Assembly (NCBI GenBank): GCA_965199855.1
Contig: OZ241326.1
Coordinates: 640,001 to 704,000, forward strand
Origin: a bacterium
GTDB lineage: Bacteria; UBA8248
Direction of reading: 5' to 3'
Length of the DNA stretch: 64,000 nucleotides
The notes under the pieces were generated by a model that was not told where the DNA came from, ran no database searches, and saw only the letters and a list, made by a program, of their open reading frames with translations. Numbering within the stretch: position 1 is the stretch's first letter; every line of letters starts with the position of its first letter. The position numbers and the translations under genes are program-made. Shown in pieces: positions 1 through 9,893 of this stretch.

Positions 1-390
1 GGTTTTCGCCTCGGGGCCATCGATCCGGTTGTGCTCCATGAAAATGCACGAGCGCGCGTTTTTTCGCCGCCCTAGCATTTCGCGCTCCTCCAGGGTCATC
101 TTCTCCTCCATCTGCTCGGGAGACGGGTCGAGGAAAACGCTTGGCCCCGGCGCGCCGAAAAGCATCAAATACTGAATGCCCGCCGGGACGCTTTCGTCCT
201 CGGTGTGATGGACGATTCCTCGAATGCGCTCCTCGCGCTCCCGGGTCGCGACGTTCTTCACGTGCGCCGCCCACAGGTAGCCCGGGCGCGCGAGCGCGTC
301 GGGGATATGGACTTCGTGAAGCCAGGAGAGATATTCGGCTTCTCCTTCCCGGGCGAGGTCATACCAGACCGCCCAGATTCCTCTGTCCAT
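1..390 (-). CDS. EthD/DUF4286-like dimeric alpha-beta barrel protein, runs off the window edge
   Basis: Not in the ORF track. Manual translation MDRGIWAVWYDLAREGEAEYLSWLHEVHIPDALARPGYLWAAH is a clear paralog of 48209..48949. GAGGGGGAG RBS upstream. Confidence 0.75.
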   Translation of the reverse strand, partial: MDRGIWAVWYDLAREGEAEYLSWLHEVHIPDALARPGYLWAAHVKNVATREREERIRGIVHHTEDESVPAGIQYLMLFGAPGPSVFLDPSPEQMEEKMTLEEREMLGRRKNARSCIFMEHNRIDGPEAKT

Positions 391-680
391 TTATCGACTC
401 CCCCTCATATACGCTCCCGACGCGCTCGCTGCTTCAAGGTGGGCGGGGCAATTCCGGGCAGGTTACCACATGTCTTATGGGAGGAGGGATGGAAGGGAGC
501 TTCCCGCAGGGGGAGTCCGCTTTTGATTGGCGGGTTGACGCTCGGGGCGATTCCTGCTAGACCTCATCGCACAAGCGAGAAAGATGAAGAAGCGGCGGCG
601 CCTCCAGGAATCGGAGCTCCGTCCTCGAAGGCGGCGTGAATGAGGACGGCGCGCGTTCCATCTCCACGGAGGGAGGGGGC

Positions 681-1157
681 ATGCGAAAAGCCGATGTCTG
701 CGCGGCGATCGTTTTTTTGCTCTACAGCGCCGTCGGCTTTTTCTACATCATCCCGACGCAGATTCAGTATGCCATTCCCCCGGAAGATGTTTCCAACGCG
801 GTTTTTCTGCCCACCTTCTTTCCCACCTCTTCCGTCGTCGTCTTCGCGCTGGTCAGCGTCATGTTCCTTTTCGGGGCGCTCAGAAGAAGCGAGGGGCGGC
901 CGCAGGCGCTCGCTAGCAAAAGGGCGTTGCTGCAGGTGTGCGCGGTCTTCGCCGCCTGCTACGTCTATGTCGAGTCTATGGCGTATTTCGGCTTCCTGCT
1001 GAGTTCTCCGGTTTTTCTCGCCGCCTTGATGATGTTCATGGGAACGCGCGACTGGCGATACGTCGCGCCCATGGCCGTTTTGTTTCCCGTCGGGGTGAAT
1101 TATTTCTTCTGGTTCGCCTTCAAACTGGCGCTGCCCCAAGGCAGCCTTTTCCATTAA
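681..1157 (+). CDS. tctB: Tripartite tricarboxylate transporter small membrane subunit (TctB family)
   Basis: Four hydrophobic segments and a C-terminal LALPQG motif. Directly upstream of tctA; GGAGGGAGG RBS. Confidence 0.8.
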   Translation: MRKADVCAAIVFLLYSAVGFFYIIPTQIQYAIPPEDVSNAVFLPTFFPTSSVVVFALVSVMFLFGALRRSEGRPQALASKRALLQVCAVFAACYVYVESMAYFGFLLSSPVFLAALMMFMGTRDWRYVAPMAVLFPVGVNYFFWFAFKLALPQGSLFH

Positions 1158-1165
1158 GAGGGCGC

Positions 1166-2704
1166 ATGTTCGAGCAAATCATCCAGGGAATCTCGATGGC
1201 GCTCACGTGGCAGGGTCTGGCCATGATCGCGGTGGGCGTCTTCGTGGGCATCACGGTGGGCGCCATTCCGGGCCTCACCAGCGTCATGGCGACGGCGATT
1301 CTGGTTCCCTTCTCCTTCTTCATGCCGCCGGTTCTGGGCATCCCCTTTTTGCTGGGCATCCACAAGGGAACGCTCTTCGGAGGTTCCATCCCCGCCATCC
1401 TGGTGAACACGCCGGGAACGGCGCCCGCCGCCGCGACCTGCATGGACGGATTTCCTCTGGCGCAAAAGGGCGAAGCCCGGAGCGCCATTCAAATGGCGCT
1501 GTATTCCTCCACCATCGGAGACACCTTCAGCGATCTCGTTCTTATTCTGGCGGCGCTTCCGCTGGCCGCGGTGGCGCTCCTGTTCGGGCCGGCCGAGTTT
1601 TTCGGACTCCTGCTGATGGGCATGGCCATCATCTCCAGCGTGACGGGAGCCTCCGTGGTGAAGGGCGTGCTCTCCGCTCTGATCGGCCTCCAGCTCGGGA
1701 TGGTGGGCACGGATATCATTTCGGGAGGGGAGCGCTTCACGTTCGGCCTTCCCGGCCTGGCCGAGGGAGTGGGGGTGGTGCCCCTGCTCATCGGGCTTTT
1801 CGCCGTCAGCGAGGTTTTCATCCAGGCGGAAAAGCGGGCCGTCGATTTGGCGCGCCCGCCCGAAGCCCTGCGCCTGCAGGGGGGCAGGACGCTGAAGATC
1901 GCCGAGGTCTGGAACTCCGCTCGGACCATCGTGCGCTCGTCCATGATAGGCACCTTCGTCGGCGCGATTCCGGGGACGGGGGCGGCCATCGCCACCTTCG
2001 TCAGCTACGCGGCGGCGAAGCGGGCGGCGAAGCGGCCGGAGGAGTTCGGCCGCGGCAGCTATGAGGGCGTCGCGGCCTCCGAGGCGGCCAACAGCGCGGT
2101 CGCGGGCGCGGACCTGATACCCACCCTGACGTTCGGAATCCCGGGCGACCCCAGCGCGGCGATTCTCATGGGCGCGTTCATCGCCCAGGGGCTGCGGCCG
2201 GGGCCAAGCCTTTTTCAGGAGCACGCCCCCGTCATGTACGCCATCTTCACGCTGCTCCTCCTGGGGAACCCCATCATGCTGATCCAGGGCTGGCTGCTCA
2301 CGGGCATGTTCGCCAAAATCGTCACCATCCGTCAGTCGATACTGGTGCCGGGGATCATTCTCTCCTGCCTCGTGGGGGCGTACGTCTATCACAGCAACTT
2401 GGGGGATCTCGTTCTCGCGCTCGTCGCGGGCCTGTTCGGCTACGGACTCCGGAAGCTGAAGTTTCCCATGGCCCCGCTCGTCATCGCGTTCATCCTCGCG
2501 CCCCGGGCGGAGGAGGCCCTGCAGCAGGCGCTCATCATTTCACGGGGCGATTATTCCATTTTCCTCACCCGTCCCATCGCGGCTTTTTTCATCGGCATGA
2601 CCGTGCTGATGCTGGCGTTGAGCATTTGGAGGCGTCCCTGGGCTTCGACGCTGAAGCCGCAGGCGCCGGTCGATTCAGCCCTTCCAAAGGAGGAATCAAG
2701 ATGA
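1166..2704 (+). CDS. tctA: Tripartite tricarboxylate transporter permease (TctA family)
   Basis: GAIPGL, GGSIPAILVNTPG, EAANSA and TLTFGIPG motifs. Confidence 0.92.
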   Translation: MFEQIIQGISMALTWQGLAMIAVGVFVGITVGAIPGLTSVMATAILVPFSFFMPPVLGIPFLLGIHKGTLFGGSIPAILVNTPGTAPAAATCMDGFPLAQKGEARSAIQMALYSSTIGDTFSDLVLILAALPLAAVALLFGPAEFFGLLLMGMAIISSVTGASVVKGVLSALIGLQLGMVGTDIISGGERFTFGLPGLAEGVGVVPLLIGLFAVSEVFIQAEKRAVDLARPPEALRLQGGRTLKIAEVWNSARTIVRSSMIGTFVGAIPGTGAAIATFVSYAAAKRAAKRPEEFGRGSYEGVAASEAANSAVAGADLIPTLTFGIPGDPSAAILMGAFIAQGLRPGPSLFQEHAPVMYAIFTLLLLGNPIMLIQGWLLTGMFAKIVTIRQSILVPGIILSCLVGAYVYHSNLGDLVLALVAGLFGYGLRKLKFPMAPLVIAFILAPRAEEALQQALIISRGDYSIFLTRPIAAFFIGMTVLMLALSIWRRPWASTLKPQAPVDSALPKEESR

Positions 2705-3690
2705 CGCGCAAATCGTGGAGCATCGCCCTGGCGGCGATTCTGTCGCTCGGACTTCTCGCCTTCGCCGCCCCGCCCGCCGGAGCGGAGAAGTATCCCTCGA
2801 AGCCCATCAAGATCATCGTGCCCCTCGGCGCGGGAGGTTCGCACGATCTCCACGCGCGCGCCGTGGCCAGCGTGCTGCACCAGTACATCGGCCAGCCCGC
2901 GTTCGTGCAGCTCATGCCGGGCGGCGGCGGAAAGATAGGCATGGGCGCGCTCAAGCGGGCCAGACCCGACGGCTACACCCTCGCGATGGGCGCGAACAGC
3001 CATCTTTACATGTCCCCTCACGTGAAGGACATGGGCTTCGATCCCTTCAAAGACTTCATCCCCGTCTTTCAGATCAACGAGCTCCCCTACCTGCTGGTCA
3101 CGCTGGGGAACAAGCCGTGGAAGAATTTCAAGGAATACATCGCGGCGGCGAGAAAAAGCAAAGGCAAGATCATGCACGGCTCCACGGGAACGTATGGCCT
3201 CAGCCACACGATGCTCATGAAGATCGCCTACGACATGAAGGTGACGCTGAACCACGTTCCCTTCCGCGGGGGCGGCCCCGCCATGCTCGCCATGCTGGGC
3301 GGACACGTGGACACGTCGGGAGCCAACCCGGCGACGGGGGGCGTCCTCTCGAACTACAAGTCCGGCAAGATCCGCATTCTGGGCGTCGCCGCCGCGAAGC
3401 GCTTCCCGCTTTTCCCGGACGTTCCGACCTTCAGGGAGCAGGGGGTGGATCTTCTCCTCTCCTCGAAGCGCATCATCATGGCGCCCGCCGGAACGCCCGC
3501 GGATCGAATCGAGATTCTGACGAAGGCGCTGCTCAAGATGGCCAAGGACAAGACCTTCAAGCGCCTTCTGAAGAAGATGGGCGTTCGTTCGCAGCCGCTC
3601 GTCGGGGAGAAGCTCCTGAAGGAGCTGAAGGCGGAATACAACAGCAACAAGAACATTTACAAGAACGCCGGGGTCAAGATCAGGGAGTGA
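2701..3690 (+). CDS. tctC: Tripartite tricarboxylate transporter substrate-binding protein (TctC/Bug)
   Basis: Signal peptide, YPSKPIKIIVP-GAGG, PDGYTL and HVPFRGGG motifs. Confidence 0.92.
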   Translation: MTRKSWSIALAAILSLGLLAFAAPPAGAEKYPSKPIKIIVPLGAGGSHDLHARAVASVLHQYIGQPAFVQLMPGGGGKIGMGALKRARPDGYTLAMGANSHLYMSPHVKDMGFDPFKDFIPVFQINELPYLLVTLGNKPWKNFKEYIAAARKSKGKIMHGSTGTYGLSHTMLMKIAYDMKVTLNHVPFRGGGPAMLAMLGGHVDTSGANPATGGVLSNYKSGKIRILGVAAAKRFPLFPDVPTFREQGVDLLLSSKRIIMAPAGTPADRIEILTKALLKMAKDKTFKRLLKKMGVRSQPLVGEKLLKELKAEYNSNKNIYKNAGVKIRE

Positions 3691-3934
3691 GGCGCGGACG
3701 CGCGAGGGAGGCCGCCGGTCATGGCGGGGGCGGATGCTCGCGCCCCGCCCGCGGCGCTTTCAGGGACGAGGCGGCGCGGGGAGCGGATGGGAGACTCGAG
3801 CGGCCCATCCGGCCGCGGGCCGGAGATCGCGGCTCCCGGAGAGGGATGGAAATCAGGGTGAAGTTCTTTTTTCGCGACGGGAGCGAGTCGATGGTCATTT
3901 GTCCGCCGTCCCGGCTGAGGGGCGGGGCTCGTCC

Positions 3935-4815
3935 GTGCGCCGCCTGAGCGATCGCCTGGTGGCGGAGACGGAATATCTCTGGGCGAACGTGGGCGCCGGG
4001 ATTACCGGGGAAGGCGTGGTTCTCATCGATTGTCCCGTGCGGCCCTCGGATTCGCGCCGCTGGCGGGACGAGCTCGCGTCTCTCAGCCCCAAGGGCGTCC
4101 GCTGGCGCATTTCGACGGATTATCACGGCGATCACGTCATCGGCGCCGCGTTCCTCGAAGATGAGGGAATCGTTTCGATCGCTCCCGCGCGCGCGTTCGA
4201 GGAGCTCGCGGCGCGAGGCGCGGCTCCCTCGCCGGCCGCGAAGCCTTCATCAGCGCCTTGAACGACATGGGGGAGCCCGACGAGGCGAATGAAATCGCTG
4301 AAGCCGTCCTCCCCCTGCCGCAGGTGTGCTTTGAAAAAGAGATGACGCTTCACCTCCATCCCCTGACGTTCGAGATTTTCTGTCTGGGCGGCCACACCCC
4401 CGCCTGCAGTTCGGTGCACGTGCCCGAGGAGGGGGTCGTCTTCACGGGCGACGTGATGATCAACGAGCCGGGCCCGGGAATGCGGGAAGCCCGCTTCCGG
4501 CAATGGATCGAGGCGCTCCGGCGAATCGAGAGCCTGCCCGTGGAGCACGTCGTCCCCGGGCATGGGGAAATATGCGGCCTCGACGAGGTGCGGGGACTCA
4601 GGAACGATTTTGAGGAGATGTGGGGGATCATGGAAAGCCTGGTGAGCGGAGGAATGAGCCGGGAAGAAGCCGCCGCCGCGCCCGCGTTCGAGAAATTCTT
4701 CTGGTCGGACGAGTCGCGGGGCGCGTCCTGGATCGAGCACAGGAGAAGAACCTTTCGGCGGGGGCTCGACAATCTCTACGCGGAAGTGAGGGAGGGAGCG
4801 GGACATGCGGGCTGA
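3935..4815 (+). pseudogene. MBL-fold metallo-hydrolase (cyclase-like), split by a 1-nt frameshift near 4225-4230 (real or sequencing error)
   Basis: The N-half (VLIDCP, TDYHGDH) is in one frame and the C-half (GGHT, FTGD, VVPGHG) in another. Adding one base at gctccctcgcc restores a continuous ORF. Confidence 0.75.
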
Positions 4816-5221
4816 GGAGAAGAGGCTGGGCCGCGTCTTTCATCTGGAGTTCGACGAGGATGACGACTTCTTCGAGGAGTTCAACCGCTTCGTGAAGGAG
4901 GAGAACGTCCGATGCGCCTCGCTCATCGTGTTCGGCGCGCTGAAGGAATCCGACCTCCGCGCGGGCTTTCGGGAAATCATCGGGCCTTCCTCGCGGCGCC
5001 GCTTCCACGACTGGCGCGAATTCGCCGCCGTGGGGAACGTCAGCTGGCCGCGGAAGCCTCCCGCCGTTCTGGAGGATGAGGCGTGGGATGAGCCCCAGCC
5101 CTACGTTCACCTTCATCTGGCGCTGAGCGGGGGGCCCTATCAGCCCGGAGAGGTCCTGGTCGGCCATTTGAGCGGCGGAATCGTCAAGGGCGCGTTCGCC
5201 GAGGTTCACGAGTTCATCTGA
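4805..5221 (+). CDS. PPC-domain (DUF296) protein
   Basis: GNVSW...PYVHLHLAL...VLVGHL pattern. Confidence 0.75.
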   Translation: MRAEEKRLGRVFHLEFDEDDDFFEEFNRFVKEENVRCASLIVFGALKESDLRAGFREIIGPSSRRRFHDWREFAAVGNVSWPRKPPAVLEDEAWDEPQPYVHLHLALSGGPYQPGEVLVGHLSGGIVKGAFAEVHEFI

Positions 5222-5235
5222 GCGCGGAGCGCTTC

Positions 5236-5859
5236 ATGGAAGCGGAGCGAAGAATTCAGGAGAGCCTGGACAGGAGCGAGATCAAGGACGTCGTTTCGAT
5301 AGTGAATTACGCGCGCGATTCCGGGCTTTGGGAGGAGTTGCGGACATGCTATCACCCCGACGCCACGCTCACCACCTCTTGGTTCACCGGGACGCGGGAC
5401 GAATTCATCGATGCCGCCCGGAAGATGAAGATCGCCCGCCATCCGGGAGAGAGCCAGAAGCATACCGTGACGAACCCCTGGGTTCGCCTCAGGGGCGACC
5501 GCGCGGCGGCGGAGCATGACCTGATTCTCTACCAGAGAAGGCTGATCGACGGGGCGGAGCTGGATTTCACCACCTGGAGCCGCGTCGTCGCCCTGCTCGA
5601 GAAGCGCGAGGGCGCATGGCGGATCTGGAAGCGAACAAACATCTATGAAAAGGACAGGATGGACCCCTGCAGGCCCGATGAGCTGCCCGCTTCGTTTTAC
5701 GCCTCCATCGACTTGAAGGGATACCCCCGCGCCATTCGCTATCACTGCTGGCGAAACGCCGGCATCGGCCATCCCCCCGCCCCGAACCTCGTCCTCAAGA
5801 ACAGCGCGGAGGAGCGCGCCGTCCGAGAGGAGGCCGAGAGGTGGCTCGCGGGGGGCTGA
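5236..5859 (+). CDS. SnoaL/NTF2-like protein
   Basis: RDSGLWEELRTCYHPDA, HTVTN and WRIWKR pattern. Confidence 0.8.
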   Translation: MEAERRIQESLDRSEIKDVVSIVNYARDSGLWEELRTCYHPDATLTTSWFTGTRDEFIDAARKMKIARHPGESQKHTVTNPWVRLRGDRAAAEHDLILYQRRLIDGAELDFTTWSRVVALLEKREGAWRIWKRTNIYEKDRMDPCRPDELPASFYASIDLKGYPRAIRYHCWRNAGIGHPPAPNLVLKNSAEERAVREEAERWLAGG

Positions 5860-5976
5860 GGCCCGGTCTCGTCCCTGCTTGCCATCAACTACCCGTCAAT
5901 TAAATTTATGCAACGAAATCAGTAGGTTATGGGATTTTTCGGGATGTTTTCCCGTTTTCCATCAACTAAAAAGGCG

Positions 5977-6579
5977 TCATTTTGACTGCATGAGCGTCTC
6001 GATAAAGCATTTCGCGTGAGGGGACGCTTCCTGAACTTTGGCCGGATCCAGCGTCGCCAGAATATCGAAGCCGTGCGAGCCCTTGTCGTAGCGGCGTTTC
6101 GCAGTCTCTCGGGCGGCTTGCCCGAGGCCGTCAAGAACGTCCTTTTTGGAAATCTCTTCGATTTGCGGATTCGCCGGCAGCGCGCTCTCCCGAAAACCCT
6201 GGCCATAAAACTCCCCGAGCGCGTTCTTGTCCGCAAGAAACCAGGACTCCATAACCTGCACCATGAAATGGCACTGATCATTGCTCGCCTCGCTGGGTCG
6301 TTCCCATGAGTCATGCTCCCGCTCTTCAAGGTGTTGCCATGGGTCTTTTGCTCTTATCGGGTCTTCGGAGTCCACGAGAAGGATGGCGGTTGAATCCTTG
6401 ACGTTCTGAATATGAAACTTGAATCTTTCGTAAGCGTCCCTGCGAGTGCCGCAGGCAACGATTCCCGGCATTCGTCCGCTCAATCCCGCCTTCTCGATAA
6501 AAATCCTGAAGCCTTTGCGGCACGCCGTTCTCTGCGATGTCCGCGCGCCGCCGCCTTCTACGAAGAGCTTGACGCTCAC
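5977..6579 (-). CDS. DUF4276 (TOPRIM/RloB-like) partner of the adjacent ATPase
   Basis: VKLFVEG, LLVDSE and MESWFLAD motifs. The GTG start overlaps the ATPase stop (GTGA). Confidence 0.8.
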   Translation of the reverse strand: MSVKLFVEGGGARTSQRTACRKGFRIFIEKAGLSGRMPGIVACGTRRDAYERFKFHIQNVKDSTAILLVDSEDPIRAKDPWQHLEEREHDSWERPSEASNDQCHFMVQVMESWFLADKNALGEFYGQGFRESALPANPQIEEISKKDVLDGLGQAARETAKRRYDKGSHGFDILATLDPAKVQEASPHAKCFIETLMQSK

Positions 6580-7772
6580 CACCGATTTCCCCCGATCTCT
6601 CCGCTTGTCCATAGCTCCCCGAGCCGATATTTTTCCAGCCAGGGTTTGAGTTCCTCCGCGTCGAGGCGGCGAAGCCGCGTCGCCCCGTCGGATTTCTCGC
6701 ACACGATTACGGCTTCCGGGACGTCCGTGAGCGCGTCCACGAGAATGTCGGAGTGCGTCGTGACGAAGAGCTGGCTGCGCGAGGACGCCTCGACCAGGAG
6801 TTTCGCCACCTCCGGAATCACGTCCGGGTGCAGGCCGGTCTCCGGCTCCTCGATGCAGATAACCGGCGGCGGGTCCGGATGGCAGAGCACGGCGAGCAGG
6901 CAGAGATAGCGCAAACTCCCGTCGGAGAGCCGCGTGGCGGGCACGGGATGCTGAAGGCCCTCTTCGTGGAAGAACGTTTGGACTGCGCCGTTATTTATGT
7001 TGGGGACGATATCTTCGACCGACGGGTAGAAATCCCTTATCCGGTCCAGCATCCGGCGTTTTACGGGGGGGCGGTTTCTCAAATCGCTTAGCACCAAACC
7101 GAGATTCGAAGCGTCCTCCAGAAGGTAATGCTGTATGGAATCGACCGCTGCGGATAGACGGGGCGGCTTGTCGCGCTTGAAACTCCATTCGCGATAGAAA
7201 CGGATGCGCTCGAATTGCTCGACCAGGTAGGTCAGCGCCGGATAGGAGTCGGGGTCTCGCCTCTGCGACAGAATCGACTGATCCGGAATCATTTCTTCTC
7301 GCTTCAAACCGCGCTCGCGTTCGCCCCCATCTTCATAGAAAACATTGAGCACCGGGTAACCTTCTTTATAGTCGTAATAAAGGTATGGCGTATCATTGTC
7401 CTGGTATGGCTTCTCGTTCTCTATCGCTTCGTCCTTGAGCGTGAAGCGCGAGCCGGTTTCCGTGAATGACAAGCGGTATCTGAGCGGTTGAGGTCCCTTC
7501 GGATATTCAACGGTGACGTCCACAGTCGCCGTGTTGAGGCCGGAAGCTCCCTTCCAAAACCAATCTCGGACGCCGCCACCTTTTTGAATCGGCTCTTGAA
7601 TGCTTCCGGGCGCGGCCGCCAGAAGCGACAGCACTTCGATCAGGTTGGATTTCCCGGAAGCGTTCGGCCCGATGAGGACGTTCAGCGGCTCAAGAGGAAA
7701 TTCATCGTCCCAGGAGTCGTAGGAGAGAATGTTGTCCAGACGGATCGTTCGGATAAACCTCTTTCCTTCCAT
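6576..7772 (-). CDS. ABC-type AAA ATPase (AAA_21/AbiEii-like)
   Basis: Walker A GPNASGKS, signature LSDGS, Walker B CIEEPE and H-loop TTHS. Confidence 0.88.
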   Translation of the reverse strand: MEGKRFIRTIRLDNILSYDSWDDEFPLEPLNVLIGPNASGKSNLIEVLSLLAAAPGSIQEPIQKGGGVRDWFWKGASGLNTATVDVTVEYPKGPQPLRYRLSFTETGSRFTLKDEAIENEKPYQDNDTPYLYYDYKEGYPVLNVFYEDGGERERGLKREEMIPDQSILSQRRDPDSYPALTYLVEQFERIRFYREWSFKRDKPPRLSAAVDSIQHYLLEDASNLGLVLSDLRNRPPVKRRMLDRIRDFYPSVEDIVPNINNGAVQTFFHEEGLQHPVPATRLSDGSLRYLCLLAVLCHPDPPPVICIEEPETGLHPDVIPEVAKLLVEASSRSQLFVTTHSDILVDALTDVPEAVIVCEKSDGATRLRRLDAEELKPWLEKYRLGELWTSGEIGGNRW

Positions 7773-7888
7773 CCCCCGATCTCCTCTCGCCGCTAATGGC
7801 GAATGGCTCCAATCTATCAGCCGTTCGCTCGAATTTGTCGAGTCGTTCGTTCATCAGCGCCCGGGCGTCGGGACGCCGGCCCCCCCCT

Positions 7889-8338
7889 CTACCCCCGCTT
7901 GGCGAAGAACTCCCGGAACCTGTCGGCGAGGGGGGCGGCGCGCCAGTCGAAGCCGGTGGCGTCCGCCGCCCGCTCCATCTCCTCCGCCGTCCAGCCGCCC
8001 TCCTCCGCCAGGTGATGCAGCGAGCAAATCCCGGCCCGCCCCGTCGCCTTTCAGTGGACGAAGGCGGGCCCTTGGGCCTTCGCCTCGCGCAGCGCGCGAC
8101 TCACCTCGGCGAGGGAGTCCGGGCTGAACTCGACCGGCGAGACGGGGACGTTGACGTAGCGCATCCCCAGCCGCTCGGCCTCGGCGCTTGCGCGTTCGGG
8201 GGGAAGCGCGCCCTGATCCTCGTCGGGGAAGCGCGTGTTGATGATGGTCCTGACGCCTCTGGCGGCGAGGGCCTCGAGATCGCCGGGGGCGGGCTGCGAG
8301 CCGAAGGCGACATCCTCCGAAGCGTGGAAATAGTCCAT
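7889..8338 (-). CDS. DUF442/PTP-like phosphatase-sulfurtransferase domain protein, predicted selenoprotein (UGA at 8051-8053)
   Basis: GSQP...GVRTIINTR...GMRYVNVPV is followed by AFVH-UGA-KATGR, matching the HCxxxxR loop. The frame stays open for 53 more codons to TAG, with a hairpin 11 nt after the UGA. Confidence 0.75.
8020..8039 (-). promoter_or_regulatory. Candidate bacterial SECIS hairpin of the DUF442 gene
   Basis: GCGGGC-CGGGAUUU-GCUCGC stem-loop starting 11 nt after the UGA. Confidence 0.5.
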
Positions 8339-8409
8339 GAGAAGCTCCATGCGAAAGCGGGCGCGCCGCCGTCGGCGCGCTTCCCGAAAGAGGAGAGCCG
8401 GCGGCGCGG

Positions 8410-8970
8410 CTAGCCGTTCGCCGCGCCCTCGACGCTGAACGGCTCGCCGTTCACCTCGACGGTGGACTTGAGGGGCACCGGCTCCGTGATGAGGCTCTCG
8501 GCGAAGCAGCCGTTCCTGGCGTTCTTGATCAGGCGGGCGAGCCTCTCGGCGGGCTCGTCCGACTCCACCCGCAGGTGGGTGTCCACGGCCTCCCACTTGT
8601 TGAACACCGTGCCCTTCAGGACGGAGCCGCCCAGGGTCTTGCGGAACCGGACGGAGACGCTCGCCCCCTTGATGGTCATCTTCATCATGTGCGCGTACCG
8701 CGACACCTGGGTGAGCAGTCAGAAGCCCGTCGCCATCGCCAGATAGGCCATCGGCGTGGGGTAGCGCCCCGTTCCGCCTATCTGCGCCCCCTCGTCGCAG
8801 AAAATCTCGTGCTCGCCGGCCACGCCGCGCTTGAGCTGGAGCGAGCCCTCGACCATCTCGACGCGGACGGTGCTGTCCGTGTAGAGGCCCCGGGCGGGGA
8901 GCTCCGGCTTGTCGATGACGCGCTCGCCGGGCGTCGTGGAGGTGCTGTGTCCGTCAATCGGCCCTTCCAT
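8410..8970 (-). CDS. OsmC/Ohr-like protein, predicted selenoprotein (UGA at 8719-8721)
   Basis: DEGAQIGGTGRYPTPMAYLAMATGF-UGA-LLTQVSRY...ARNGCFAE. The UGA sits at the first conserved OsmC Cys and the second Cys is retained. GAGGAGG RBS. Confidence 0.85.
8689..8706 (-). promoter_or_regulatory. Candidate bacterial SECIS hairpin of the OsmC-like gene
   Basis: GUG-(bulged U)-CGCG-GUA-CGCG-CAC, 12 nt after the UGA. The bulged U and apical GU resemble the E. coli fdhF SECIS. Confidence 0.7.
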
Positions 8971-9204
8971 GAATATCCTCCTCTCGTGGATGCGCGGTTC
9001 GGTGGTTTCCCCTTGCGCGGACAGGATAGGGCAAACGCGGGCGCGGGCATAGCTCCCGGCTCCCCGGGGCGGGAGGGGCGATTGCGGCGCCGCGGCAGGC
9101 CTGCTAAACAGAAGGCCCGCCGGTCGAATGGCGCACCCGCCTTTGGCGCGCGCAGGGAGCGGGGCGAACGCCCGCCTTTCCTTTTTTCGGGAGGAGACAC
9201 CGAC

Positions 9205-9603
9205 ATGTTCAACAAGGTGCATCACATCGGGGTCGCCGTCCGCGACATGGACGCCGCCATCGCCCTCTATGCGGGCATGGGCGCGAAACTGCTCGCGCGC
9301 GAGACCTCCGCCGACGGCTCGACCGATCTGGCCATGCTCGATCTGGGCGGCGACCTCATCGAACCCATCTCGCCGCTCAGGGAGGGGACGAATCTCGCCC
9401 GGTTCATCGAGACGCGCGGCGAGGGCCTCCACCACGTGGCCTTCGACGTGAAGAACATCGACGGGGTTCTCGCGGACATGAAGGCGCGGGGCTTCGAGCT
9501 CATCGACGAGAAGTCGAGGCGCGGCTTCGGCGGGCACCTCATCGCCTTCATCCAGCCCGGGAGCTCGATGGGGACGCTCTGGGAGCTGGTGGAGGACGTC
9601 TAG
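9205..9603 (+). CDS. mce: Methylmalonyl-CoA epimerase-like VOC protein
   Basis: HHIGVAV, GEGLHHVAFDV and TLWELVE motifs; GGAGGAG RBS. Confidence 0.8.
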   Translation: MFNKVHHIGVAVRDMDAAIALYAGMGAKLLARETSADGSTDLAMLDLGGDLIEPISPLREGTNLARFIETRGEGLHHVAFDVKNIDGVLADMKARGFELIDEKSRRGFGGHLIAFIQPGSSMGTLWELVEDV

Positions 9604-9893
9604 GCGCCTTCTCCCGCCCCGAGCGCGGCCGCGTCTTCCGTCAGAAGACAGCAGTTGGAGACGCTTGCCCGCGCGCGCTGATTCGCCCGTCCGGAGGGAG
9701 CGCGCTCCGGAGGGCGTATGCCTTTCCCTCCGCCGGTTCCACGGCTTCGAGCGCGGCATGAGTCTCCCAAGCTCCTTTCCTCGCCCGGAAAGCCTCGTTA
9801 TAGCCTCGTTCGGCGCGAAATGGCGACTTCCTCCTTCCCGGGCGAAGGGGATTCGCCGCTTCCCCCCTTCCCAAAGGCGGCGGGTCGGGGTAG

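Noticed and set aside
3690-3934. Possible decayed small gene between tctC and the MBL gene (MEIRVKFFFRDG...)
   Set aside because: Too short and ambiguous to assign without a search.
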